Assembly: GCF_018350175.1 (NCBI RefSeq)
Contig: NC_058368.1
Location: 121,770,001 to 121,834,000, forward strand
Origin: Felis catus
Taxonomy: Eukaryota
Length of the DNA stretch: 64,000 bases
Direction: 5' to 3'
Part shown: positions 39,560 through 51,430 of the stretch, one piece after another
Layout of the letters: every line of letters begins with the position of its first letter
Position numbering within the stretch: the stretch's first letter is position 1
Notes under the pieces: model-generated
Databases searched by the model: none
What the model was told of the DNA's origin: nothing
Seen by the model: only the letters and a program-made list of their open reading frames with translations
Translations under genes and position numbers: made by a program

Positions 39560-39768
39560 CTTTTTTTTAATTTTTAGTGTTTATTTTTGAAAGAGAGAGA
39601 CAGGGTGAGTGGGGGAGGGGCAGAGAGAGAGGGAGACAGAATCTGAAGCAGGCTCCAGGCTCTAAGCTGTCAACACAGAGCCTGATGTGGGGTTTGAACC
39701 CATGAACGGTGAGATCATGACCTGAGCTGAAGTTAGACGCTTAACCAACTGAGCCACCCAGGCATTCC
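39560..39768 (-). mobile_element. Can-SINE
   Basis: Tail, purine linker and head ...gagccacccaggca. Confidence 0.9.
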
Positions 39769-39816
39769 TCTTCTTCTCTTTTTAAAACCCCCCAAACATT
39801 ACTATACTGCAGCTAT

Positions 39817-40127
39817 TGTGGTACAGCCCCTCCCTAAGGAACGCAGTGAAAACCTCAAGATAAGGGAAGACAACCTGGCTTTGTGTGTGTGAATGAAGTT
39901 CCTCATGACTCTGTAACATAGACCGCCCATTAAGACTGTATATTACCATATATGGAAGACAAAGGAGCAAAAATTGTATAGAAGGCAACCCCCCCCCCCC
40001 CACCCCGCTGCGCTTGGGGCTCAGCCTTTGGTCTTAGCCTGCTAAACCTATGCTAACATGAATAAAGCTGCTTCCTGGAAAGAAAAGCCTTGGTGTACTG
40101 ACTCTCTGTGTGTGATGCACTGCTACA
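39817..40127 (+). repeat. 5' LTR (311 bp)
   Basis: tgtggtacagcccctccctaagg...tgctaca; AATAAA at 40061-40066; direct repeat of 44898-45178. Confidence 0.95.
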
Positions 40128-40132
40128 TTTCG

Positions 40133-40150
40133 TGGGCGCTCACCTGGGAG
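40133..40150 (+). promoter_or_regulatory. Degenerate tRNA-Pro primer-binding site
   Basis: tgggcgctcacctgggag versus canonical TGGGGGCTCGTCCGGGAT: 13/18 matches, two mismatches being CpG transitions. Confidence 0.65.
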
Positions 40151-40791
40151 GTGGAGATGGTGTTTCACCTCCCTTGTCGCTGGGGTATGAATCTCGGGGC
40201 ACTGGGAGAGGTGACCTCACCTGGCGCCAGGAGATCTCTTGATCTGTAGGAGATTAGCCCCTTTCCGTGCACCGGGAGGGCCCTGGCATGCACAAAGGAA
40301 CACGGTGAGGCCTGGGGACCAGCTCAGGGAGCACTGCCCATCAGGCCGGTAAGAACCCTGGTTCATTTTGGTAGATCTGCTCCTAAGAAGCAGAAGGGGA
40401 GCCTGATCACCTCCCAGAGTTGCCCTAGTAGTTTCATAAGGAAAGAAACCCAACTCTAAGGTGCTGGGTGCTCGGCAGTAGGTTAGAGTCGCTGTGTGAC
40501 TGTGAATGAGACACAAATGGGAACTGCCCAATGGGCCAAAGCAAGTGTAGAGTCCTGATCCACAGTTCCATGGTGACCTCATACGGCTTAGGGTGGCTTC
40601 AGACTTCTTTGTGAGTCTGATTCAGGTCAGGGCTTGATACTGAACCTGCCAATGATAAGAGGTGTCTGAAATATCTCCGAGAGGAGAGTGGCCAGAAATG
40701 GCCAAAGTGAGTGTGCGTCCTCTCCAAATTAGTCCCTTCCTTCCCCCTTTTCCCTCTCTTGTGTGTGAAAGTTGTCTGTTAGGGGAAGGAA

Positions 40792-42524
40792 ATGGGTGGA
40801 AAGTAGAGTAAACCAACCACACTAGAGTGTATGTTGAGGAATTTCAAAAGGGGATATACAGGAGATTATGGTGTGAAATTAACTCCCAGAAAGCTCTGGA
40901 CATTCTGTGAGATTGATTGGCCATTGTTCGGGGTGGACTGGCCCTCCCAGGGCTCACTTGATAAGGAACTAGTTGGCTGAGTATTCAGGGTCATTGTGGG
41001 GGATCCAGGCCACCCTGACCAATTTCCTTACATTAACTGTTGGCAAGACCTGGTCCTATCCTGGCTGCCTTGGCTAAAAGTCTGTATTGAAGAGAACTGT
41101 AAAGTTATGATGGCTCATGTCACGGCTTCTTCCAGATGCTGGCCCCAAACTGAAAAACCCATACTGTGGGGAGAGGCTGAGGGGACCCCACCACCATATT
41201 TGTGACACTATGCCCCTCACTGCCACCTGCACCTCCAGCCACTCTGGCTGCCAAAACCCTATGGGATCCTGCCCCTAGTCCCAAGGCCTCATCACTTCTG
41301 GCCTCTCTGGATGTGACCGGCTTACCCGGACCACCAGTTCTAACCCCATATGCCCCTCCCAGAAAGTGATTAGAAGATCAGGTCAGCAGAGACAGTCCCT
41401 CCCTGCAGCAACACCGGGGAGCCCTACAAATGCCACTGAGGGAAATTAGGGGACCCCTCTATTATGATTATGAAGGCTAGATCTGAGGAGGTCAGTGTGT
41501 TTTTGTGTACCAACCCTTTACCACTATAGACCTCCTAAATTGGAAGCACCATACTTCCTCCTATATGGAGAAGCCCCAGGCTATGATTGAACTAATGCAG
41601 TCCCTAATTCAAACCTATAAACCTACCCAGATGGACTGCTGCCATCACAGAGGCTCCTTATGACCCTCTTCAACACGGAGGAGCATTACCAAATTACCCA
41701 GGCGGCCCTAAAATGGTTAGAGGGGAATGCCCCGGCTGGGATGCTAGACACCCAGGCTTATGCTCAGGCTAACTTCCCTAGGGAGGACCCCAGTGGGACC
41801 CAAATGACTCAAGTGTAGATGGAGGGCTTGGAAGGACTGAACGGTATGAAGAAGCCCTTCTAAATGACATGAAGGGGGGGGGGGGAAGGCCATAAATATG
41901 AGTAAAACATCAGAAGTGCTCCAGGGACCCGAGGAGAGCCAGAGCCAGGTCTATGAGAGACTATGTGAGGCATTTTGTCTCTATACCCCTTTTGATCCAG
42001 AGGTGCCCATTAACCAGTGGATGGTCAATGTGGCTTTTATAGGTCAGGACCAAAGGGACATCAGGCACAAGCTGCAAAAACTAGAGGGTTTCACTGGCAT
42101 GAATGCCAGTCAGTCACTGGATGTAGCAACTCAGGTGTTTGTCAACCGTGACCAGGTGGATGGAGGGAAGAATGCTGGAAGATGCAGAAAAAGGCAGACT
42201 TGTAAGCTGCTGCCTTGGTGGAGCAGTTGGAATGCTCCTGGAAAGGTACCTCACAGGAATGGGGCTGGGCCAAAAAGGGGAATGGTGGGGAGGATCATCT
42301 TGCCCAGGACCAAAGTTAGGGTGGAACCAGTGTGCTCAGTGTCGTCAGGAGGGCCACTGGAAAAATGAGTGCCCCCTGCAGCTGGGTAATTCTCAGCAAG
42401 GCCCCAAGCAGAAAGAAAGACGCCGTGTGGTCCAGGGCCAGTACCAACGAGCATCACAGCCTCATGGGGCCCCAAAGGTGATTTTGTGGGGCTAACTGCC
42501 ATGGAGGAGTCTGAGGAGGACTAG
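40792..42524 (+). pseudogene. gag: Retroviral gag, disrupted by stops and frameshifts
   Basis: MGGK*SKPTTLECMLRNFKRG start; KLWTFCEIDWP matrix motif; PPPY late domain; major homology region EVLQGPEES..YERL; zinc knuckle CAQCRQEGHWKNEC; TAG at 42522-42524. Confidence 0.92.
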
Positions 42525-42780
42525 GACAGACCAGGCTCTGTTTTGTTAGGCCCCCAAGAGCCTATGGTCTGAATGAATGTGGGGGGCTGGCCCATCGAGT
42601 TCATGGTAGATACTGGGGCAGAACACTCAGTGGTGACCCAACCCGTGGCCCCCTCTCACAAGCCACCATTGTGGGGCCACAGGCAGTCGGTCATGCTGTC
42701 CCTTCCTGCTGCCTCGGCGATGCAATTTAGGCGGCCATGAAGTCATCTGTGAATTCCTGTACCTCCCTGACTGCCCAGCA
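42525..42780 (+). pseudogene. pro: Retroviral aspartic protease, frameshifted and C-terminally truncated
   Basis: In frame after the gag amber codon (gamma-type readthrough layout); FMVDTGAEHSVVT at 42609; ends EFLYLPDCPA before the expected GRDLL. Confidence 0.9.
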
Positions 42781-44868
42781 CTCATCTTCCCTTTGTGGAT
42801 AGGATGCTTCATTGGTATTGATTGCTTCTAATCTGGACCCATTCTGGAGACCTAGATTCCTCATCATGTGACCCATGTATTTGCATAACCAGGTCAGGTC
42901 AGGGAGTCACTTGGACCTTACTATACCATATCCACTTCTCATGCCAGGGTAAGGTCCTGGGGACCTGCAGACACAATAAGACCACCTATTCTATCTGCCA
43001 ACGGGAAAGTCATTACACTTGCTTTGACCCACAGTACTCTCCCAATGAAGATTGGTTAGAAGTCCGATCCTACCAAGAGAGTGGGGCTTTGGTCAGCTGG
43101 GCACAAATTACCAAGCCCAAATAACTGGTGTCAATGCTGTTTGATGTATGTGCGGTTATAAGTATTGGCCCAGATGCATCTGCCATACGAAAAAAAGTGG
43201 GCACTTGTCATACAGGGCCCAAGGACTCTTGATATGCCATGCTGAGGCTTAGACTGGGAGCAGGAATACTGACTCAATGGCAAATACATGTGTGAGGAAA
43301 ATGGTTTATGTGCCTATACACCTGAGTTTTTATGCCCCAGCTGGAGCTGTTTCATGGGCTACTTGTGAAAAAGAAGGCACAACAGCGCTCCTTCAGAAGG
43401 GGGCTGCTACACAGGTTGTCAATCAAAGTCCTGTAACCCTGTTAATTTTACCATCATTAACCCAGGAGATTCCAAATGGCAATGGGGCATCTGAATTGGC
43501 ATCCAGATCCAAGGGTGAGGCAGAGACCCAGGGACTGTGCAGTATTTCAAGAGAGCCACTACTGCCCATACAACCACGTCCCATCAAGTCTTCCACTCCT
43601 TCTATGAAGAAACAGAGGTAGCCTCCTCCCGTTTCAGTCACAGCAAGGAACTTGTTTCTAGCCCTAGCAGAGACCATAGCCCAGACTCTGAAGATCTCTT
43701 CTTGCTATGTATGCGGGGCAACTGACATGGGGGGGGGTCAATGGAATGGCCATGGGAGGCTAGAGAATTAGATCCCCATGAACTTTATAATGGAATGGAA
43801 TACCTCAGTCCTACTACCAGGGTTTGGCTCCTCAAAACCTCAGTTATTGGGAAAGACTGCCTTACCTGGTGGGGAAGAAAGTTCACCCTATCTGTTGGAA
43901 GTTTACCGTGCCGAGGCCAAAGATTTTATAAATCAACTGTCCAGGAAACCCAATGGTGGGGTCCCCAGATCACCGTGAGCCAGATCCTCATCCCTTGTCT
44001 AACTTCTCTCATCTCCAAGAGGCCTGGGACATTGTTGACACAGCCATTGAATGGCAGGCCCAAGGTGGACTATATGTAGAAGGACAACCTATACAGTACT
44101 TCCCTCAGGCTGGTCAGAGTCATGTAAACTATTTGTCCATCTTTCTTCCTGCTCCCACCTGTCAGAGGGGAACATTTGGGAGTCCAAGTGTATGGGGACA
44201 GGGAGACTCAAAGGAAATGAAGTGCACTACAAATTGACAGTTGGAAAGATGATGAATGGCCTCCCAAGTGTATAATCCAATGTTATGGCCCTGCCACCTG
44301 GACAGAGGATGGATCCTGGGGCTACCACACTCCCATTTCCATGCTAAACCGCATAATCAGACTACAAGCAGTTGTAGAAATTATAACCAAAGAAACCGCC
44401 AGAGCTCTTAACTTACTCGCAAAGCAGTAGACCACAATGTGCAATGCCATCTATCAAAATCACTTGGCCTTAGATTACCTGCTTGCTTCTGAGGGAGGAT
44501 TTTGTGGAAAGTTCAACCTGAGCAGCTGCTGCCTACAGATAGACGATGAAAGAAAGGTCATAGAGGAGATCACAGATGGAATGAGAAAGGTTGCTCATGT
44601 CCCAGTCCAGACCTGGAAAGGTTGGGACCTCGGGAAGTTATTTGGAGGGTGTTTTTCACCTGTCAGGGGATTCAAAACCCTCATAGGTGTTGTCCTCTTG
44701 ATTTTGGGGACTTATTTAATCCTCCCTTGCCTAGCTCCCCTGGTTATAAGGTCTGTCTCCAGCCTCACTGAAGGAATGGTTGAAAGGAAAACACCCATGC
44801 ATGTGATGATGTTATGGAAATATAAACCTCTAAGCCAAGATAAGATGATGCTCTTTGACCCAAGATGA
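42781..44868 (+). pseudogene. env: ERV3-like envelope, disrupted
   Basis: CDPC..TLLYH..LGTCRHNKTTYSIC; WPWEARELDP; furin site mutated to RK* (TGA 44218); YGPATW.EDGSWGY; immunosuppressive domain [26 protein letters not shown]; transmembrane helix in ORF 44437-44868. Confidence 0.92.
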
Positions 44869-44897
44869 TGCTTTTTGGGTCTGAGCATCCAAGGGAA

Positions 44898-45178
44898 TGT
44901 GGTAGAGCCCCTCCCTAAGGAATGTGGTGAAAACCTCAAGACAAGGAAGATAACCTGACTATGTGCACGTGCAGGACATTCCTCATGACTCTGTAACATA
45001 GATTGCCCATTCAGACTATGTTACCATGTATGGGAGACAAAGGAGCAAAAATTGCACAAAAGCCAATTCCCTGCTATGCTCGGGGCTCAGCCTTTTAGGT
45101 CTTAGCCTGCTGAGAAAGCTGCTTCCTGGAAAGAAAAGCTTCGGCGTCCCAACTCTTGGTGTGTGACACACCACTACA
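44898..45178 (+). repeat. 3' LTR (281 bp), preceded by a short purine tract aagggaa
   Basis: Direct repeat of the 5' LTR; lacks the AATAAA segment. Confidence 0.95.
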
Positions 45179-45206
45179 CTATCATTCTTCATTTTGTCCC
45201 CACTTA

Positions 45207-45225
45207 ATGTTTAAAAAAAATTATT

Positions 45226-45269
<44 letters not shown>

Positions 45270-45375
45270 TGCAAGCAGGGGAGGGGCAGAGAGAGAGAGG
45301 GAGACACAGAATCCAAAGCAGGCTCCAGGCTCTGAGCTGTCAGCACAGAGCCCAACGCGGGGCTTGAACCCATGG
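45207..45375 (-). mobile_element. 5'-truncated Can-SINE with (GA)n
   Basis: Ends at ggcttgaacccatgg; no head and no clear TSD. Confidence 0.85.
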
Positions 45376-45879
45376 TTACCTGTCCACACCAGGTAGAGTT
45401 GCTCCACTCTATTTAAAATTCACAGCATATGCATTGTATACAAGTATCAGAAATTATCTTCCAGTTCCTTCTTGATCAACATTTACATTATTTTCAGTCC
45501 TTAGCTGCTAAAAACAGTAAAACTATAAATATCCTCAAACATATGTCTTCATGTATCCATGTGAGTATATTTGTATCATATATGTTAATAAAAGTAAAAT
45601 TTATGGGTCAAAGAGAATGTAGGTTTTAGGTTTTGATGAAGTCAAATAATATGCTAGAGTTATATTTCCTTCACTAGGACTACATGGTCCTTGTATGCAC
45701 TGGGCTTTGTAGCATGGATAAAATAATAATGAGGGATGTAAATGTAATTTTCAGAAGAGAATAATTTGGGTAAAGACTTAAATTTAGAAATGTATGGGGG
45801 GGGGGTACTATATGGAGACTATAAGGAGGACGGGGGACTATAAGGAGACCAGCCATATCAAGAACTGTGGTATTTTGGA

Positions 45880-46055
45880 TTCTTTTTTTTTCTTTCCTTC
45901 TTTTTTTGAAGAGCACATTGAGTGGGTGAGGGGTGGAGGGAGACAGAAAGAGAGAGAGAATTTTAACCAAGTTCCCATTGTGGAGTCCAATGTGGGGCTC
46001 CATTTCACAATCGTGAGATCATGATGTGAGCCAAAATCAAGAGTTGGACACTTAA
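45880..46055 (-). mobile_element. Older Can-SINE
   Basis: gagccaaaatcaagagttggacacttaactgactgagccacc. Confidence 0.8.
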
Positions 46056-49000
46056 CTGACTGAGCCACCTCTAGGTTCTTAATGTATACTATCTCACTTA
46101 ATCCTCCAGTAGCTCCAGGATTCAGTTTCCATTACATTTCCATTTGACACATGAGGGTAGTCTCAGAGAGGTTAAGTAATTTGCCTCAGGTCACACAACC
46201 TGTAAAGTGGCAGAAGCTGGGACTATTCAACTCCAAAGCTCAAAGCTCATAGACAGTAGGCGATATTGCTTTCTGTGTGTGTGCATGTGCACTTGCTCAT
46301 GTGTGTATGTGTATCGGGGTATTTAAGAGCATATTAAACAGTTTCTAGCAAAACATCTACCAAATCCTGAGACCTTATATAATGTAAAGGACCTTAGAGA
46401 TCATCTCATTTAATGTTCCACCCTATTTAGGACCCTCTCTGCTGCATCCCTGCCTGGTGCTCCAGTCTTTTGGTATCTGCTTGATGGTTCTAGAGATTCA
46501 CAGTTGACTTTGTCCTGTGGTTGATACCATGACCAATGAGAAAATCCTTTCATGTATTGGTAGGAAGAGGGAGATGGACTGTAATTGAGTGTGAAAAGGA
46601 GATTTTCACAGGCTTTGTTTTCAGCAGTTTATTCAGATAGGTCCAGTAGTGAATCCCTGGGATGAGCAGATCCTTGGGTCACTGTGGGGAAATAGGTTCT
46701 ACTTACATAAGTTAGAAAAAAGCTTATGGCAGAAAGCCACTGCCAGGAGACCAAAGCGCCTGAAGTGAGCTAGAGAGATGTAATGGAATCTCGAGTAAAA
46801 TTACCCTCCATCTGATGTCAATATACTTGGTCACAAACTCCACTTGCCCCCCAGACCCTTGGCTTCTTATTCACACATGTTAATGATTGCTATCTGATTG
46901 TTTTCTCCACGTTCACATGTGTAGGATCTTATTTTCTTCATGTTCACCAGGTGGGTAGTATCTTGAGAACTCAATAAATATGGAGACAGAATGGTCGTTC
47001 GGGCTTCTTGTTGCCTAGCTGAGTTAGTCTCCCGTCCCTTCAATTCTGCGTCCGCTGTCTCTCTCTGGACAAAGAACTCCAGACTCATGGTCTGCGACAG
47101 ATCACCGTCATTTTTCCCAAGGTACCAAGGTTTCACTTTACTTAACCTGACCAGAGACGCTAGATTTCCTAATCAGGAAAACCTGGAATTTGTTTCCCGT
47201 AAGGACTAGAACACCTTACTTTAACAATTTTCTTTAAAATGTGGGACCATGGCATGGCCTATGCGTCCCAGGGAAAGGGAATCTCTGGAGAAGGGAGAAA
47301 GATGAGGTGCCAGTGAACTCTGCAGCCCCAGGGAACCTGAGGACAACCTGGTGCAATGATGGTATGGAGGTGGGTCTCCTCTAGACCAGGACCCTTGAGG
47401 GAAGAACTGACCCTTGGGAGTTATAAAGAGGTTCTTGCTTGGGCAGTGGCCATGGTGGGACTTAGCCTCTTCTGCCATCATTTTCTGATATCCCATCCTC
47501 TTTATGGAAATGCTGATCAGACTGGGTGAATGAACCCCACGCAGAGGATGTGGTAACTGTTGAGGGGAGCTTCAGAGCCCTGCCAGTAAATTGTGAGATA
47601 CGGCTTGGAACATTGTGTGGCTGGCAAAGCCTTTTAACCACAGGGGAGCTTGGCTTCTGTTCCAGGCTAAGAGAAGACAAGTATGCTGAGGATTTCGGGG
47701 TGACTTTGGAAAATATTTGATTTCTTCCAAGTAGCTGTTGCTAATAGTTTCACAAAATGGATACCTCGACAGAATGGTCGAGGTTGAAGGCTCTGGATTT
47801 AGATTTGAATCCTGCCTCTTCGTGTTTTTTGTTTGTTTCTTTCTTACCCTTGGTAAAAATGCTGAATCCTTAAGCCTTCAATTTTATTCTTTTTGTTCAT
47901 GTGGGGATAATACTACCTATACCCTATGGTTGTGGTGACCCTTAGTCTGATGGGGTCTGATGCATAACTTATGCTTATTGAGCACTTAATATTATTGTCA
48001 GTTCTATCTGGTCAACTTTAATTCTTAGATGAATAGCACATGGTATGTTTGCTGGAAGCTCTAAGCTATTTGAAAATACTAATTGTTCTAGTGTACTTAT
48101 CAGCAGCATATAGGTAAAGTCAATAAAAATCATGTTAGATTGTGGCGAATTCTACAATAGTGAGGTTGGAATGAATGTTGTGTTTTTTCTTAGTTGCACC
48201 AGGCCACCAATCCATAAATATATTTTATACCTCCTGGTACACAGTGCTCTTGCATTCATCTTCGTTCATGGCTTGGACATGAAACCAAATGCCTTGGAGC
48301 TGGTGATGGAGGCCTAAATTCAGAATGTGCTTACCTGTAAGGCTCAGAAACATGGATGACTTCAGTCGTGTGAAACTGTTAGTAGGAAACATGAACACTA
48401 ACCTATCAAGAGAATGAGAGGGTGGGAGAGGTAGGTTTGCCCTAGAGAGAAGGAGGGTGTGGTTCAAATAGAGGGTTGTGATGGATTGGTTAGTACCCAT
48501 AAACAAACATCTGGGTCCCAGGCTGCTCTGTCTGTTGGGAAGCCAGTGTAGACATTCAGTAACTCACTCAGTGCTGCTCAGCTGGTTGAAGGTCTGTGCC
48601 ATTTGTACTTTTGACATGATTTTATGAGACATTTTAAAGCCATTCCCTGCCATTGCTTGAGGAAATAATAAGATCCAACCTCATTTTTGTTTCATTTTGT
48701 GGGGTCCTTTCTGAAAAAATAGCTTTTATGTGACCCAAAGCGCTTGGCTACTGTTTGTATGCAGACCAGCCTCACTGAGCAGAGGTTCTTGGCATTTGAT
48801 TTTCAGAAGGGACTGTATACTTGAAGGGATTTCCTGGTTCTTTTTGACAAGGAGCAAGGATGGCTGAGCCTGACTGTTCTGGGTAACCAAAAAAATACTC
48901 ATGTGTTTGAAGCTCACTTTTTTTGTTCTCTTACTTTCCATGAGTGCCTAAGAGTATGGTTTACAAGGTAAGATGTTTTTAGATTCATGTCTTGCCAACT

Positions 49001-50584
49001 GTTACCTTAGGCAACAGAGGGAACATCTCTGAACTTTTCTTTCCCATCTGTAAAATGGGGATAACAAGAGGATCTCCTAAGGATATTATGAGGGTACTTA
49101 TAATATTTTGCAGTCCTGGAACAGAGTTAGCATTTAGTAAATGATGTTCATTATATTAATCTTTCTTCTCTGACTCTTCTTTTTCTTTGCCTTAGCTTGT
49201 AGTTTGGAGTGGCTGATCTGTTCCCCTTGTTGTGTATAATAGCTTTCCTCGCCTTTTTTGCTCTCTGAAACTTGTTGATTTGTTGAGGTGTTGGGTGACT
49301 CTCTCCTCCCACTGTGGTGGAAGCTCCATCTAGTGTGGACTTGCATGTGTGAGCCTGGGTGCATCTACTCAGACTGGTGCATTCAGTGGGTGCACGCTGC
49401 CGGCTCTCCGTACATAACTCTTACCCATTTAAGTCCTTTCCCTCTTCTTTCTTCTCTATGATTCCCACATAAAGAACCATTTTATTTTAGAGTTAAGGGT
49501 CTTGCCAAGGGTGAGAGCAAAAAAGTGACACTTGATTGGGATCACTTTGATGGCATCTAGGGTTAGGAGAACTTCAGAGAAAAGAAGGATCAAGCCCAGT
49601 AGGGCTTTTTTCCTCCTTAGAAACTGATGTGAATATATTCACTAGGACTAGTTCCAAGGCCCATAAAATCACGTGAGCGCGTTTCAGTAAAAAAAAGCAC
49701 TCTCAGTATAAGGATTCAGGAATGTTTTTTGGAATCTAGGGTATGGGTATCAACAGGCCTCAGGAGTGGACTGGAACCGGGGACGCTTTCACAAATGTCT
49801 GCCTCTGTCTTGTACCTTTGGAGATCTGCTTCTGCCTCTCTGAAATCTTGTTTCTCAAGCTGTATGTGCTGAAACACAGAAAAAAAAAGTTACATCAAAA
49901 TGAAAAAAGAAAGCCCTAATGTGTGTGATTGCATTCCATAGTCATAAAATCACTCTGTCACAGTGCTCTAAGTGTTTGTAAGTATTTATTTACTCTCAAT
50001 TTCTGCACCAGATTCCTGCCAGACTGCTAAAAAATAGCTTGTGGGCCGACATGGCTGCGGTTCACATAGCAACTATAGAGTGCCTCCTCTCAGCAGGCAG
50101 GTCTGCACCCCTCTGCAAGAAGCCAGACCAAAGTGAACTGTCTGGAGTTGACAAGTGTGGGTCAGGCTTTCCTTAAAGGTCTTGCACGGTATTCTGGGCT
50201 CTGTGGCTGTGGCCACTAGGTGGGGGCACAGAGTGAAAATATGGCAGCCAGGGAAGTGTCCTTGTGGGTGGGAACGCAGTGAAGGGGTGAGCTGGGCAAA
50301 CACCTGAGAATGTGTCCTAAAGGGAGGTTTCCAGCACCACTGATTTCTTTTTCTCCTGAAAACATGTCATAAGGGACATGAAAACATGTCACTCTGAAAG
50401 GTGAGTCTGAATGTGTGAGTACAGAGGACAAAAGTCGTAATCTCCTTTGTCTATTCTTCTCACCAGGGTCTTTGTAGGAGGGGACTGTTTCCATCATGTT
50501 TACACTTCATGCCAGCCTAATCCTATTTCCATACCCCAGTATTTTGTCAGCGTGTAACTTCCTGGCACTGACTCTTAGGATTTC

Positions 50585-50586
<2 letters not shown>

Positions 50587-50630
<44 letters not shown>
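50587..50630. repeat. (TG)n microsatellite
   Basis: Direct read. Confidence 0.95.
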
Positions 50631-50632
<2 letters not shown>

Positions 50633-51221
50633 GTTAACTTCCTGTTTTGTGAAATGTCCATTTGACATTTGGTCAGGCAGAGGTTCAAAACTTTCCAGTA
50701 TGGATGATAACTTTAACCAAATATTTGGCCTAGAGTAAGGGGAGTGAGTTACTAGAGTAAGAGCAGATGCCTAGAGTTAGTCGTAAATGAATTTGTTAGT
50801 GTCCTTCCTTAATTTACCTAAGAAAAGGGTGTAAGAATATGAATTTATGTGGACATAGGTCTTGGTTATAATTGAGGCTCTTCTTTTCCATCTTTGTCCT
50901 CTTTGTGAGATTTCTCTACACAAAGGAAGACTTTGGTTTAAGAGACTTAGGCCAATTTAAACCTGTCTGTGTGTCTATCTATCGATCTTCTCATCCCATT
51001 GATATTCACAGCAACCTTGGATAGCAGCAAAATAATCACTTAGAAAACTGTAATGGAATGGGTAACTTAGGCTCTTAAGCATACTGTGTATAACTTGACA
51101 AATAATTCTTCCCAATTATTTCTTATTTTATGAGAAAATGCTCAATGTTAAATTTGTTATGTAAAATGCTTACTTTTAAAAATATATCTTGTTTTGCTGA
51201 ACATGTCTGTTCTCTGCAACA

Positions 51222-51430
51222 CTTTTTTTTTTAATGTTTTATTTTTATTTTTGAGAGAGAGCACAGGCAGGGGAGGGACAGAGAGAGAGAGGGAGACAAA
51301 GAATCTGAAGTAGGCTCCAGACTCCAAGCCGTCAGCGCAGAGCCCAATGTGGGGCTTGAACCTACAAACGATGAGATCATGACCTGAGCTGAAGTTGTAT
51401 GCTTAACTGACTGAGCCACCCAGGCACCCC
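51222..51430 (-). mobile_element. Can-SINE
   Basis: TSD tgca(a/g)cacttt. Confidence 0.9.

Larger units (their letters stand above)
39817..45178 (+). mobile_element. Defective class I endogenous retrovirus (ERV3/HERV-E-related): LTR-gag-partial pro-env-LTR, pol absent
   Basis: Paired LTRs with TG..CA ends, 4-bp TSD CTAT (39813-39816, 45179-45182), PBS, and gag/pro/env motifs. Confidence 0.95.

Noticed and set aside
42781..44868. Functional captured env (syncytin-like gene)
   Set aside because: No initiator ATG or acceptor context, multiple frameshifts, and stops at the furin site and in TM.
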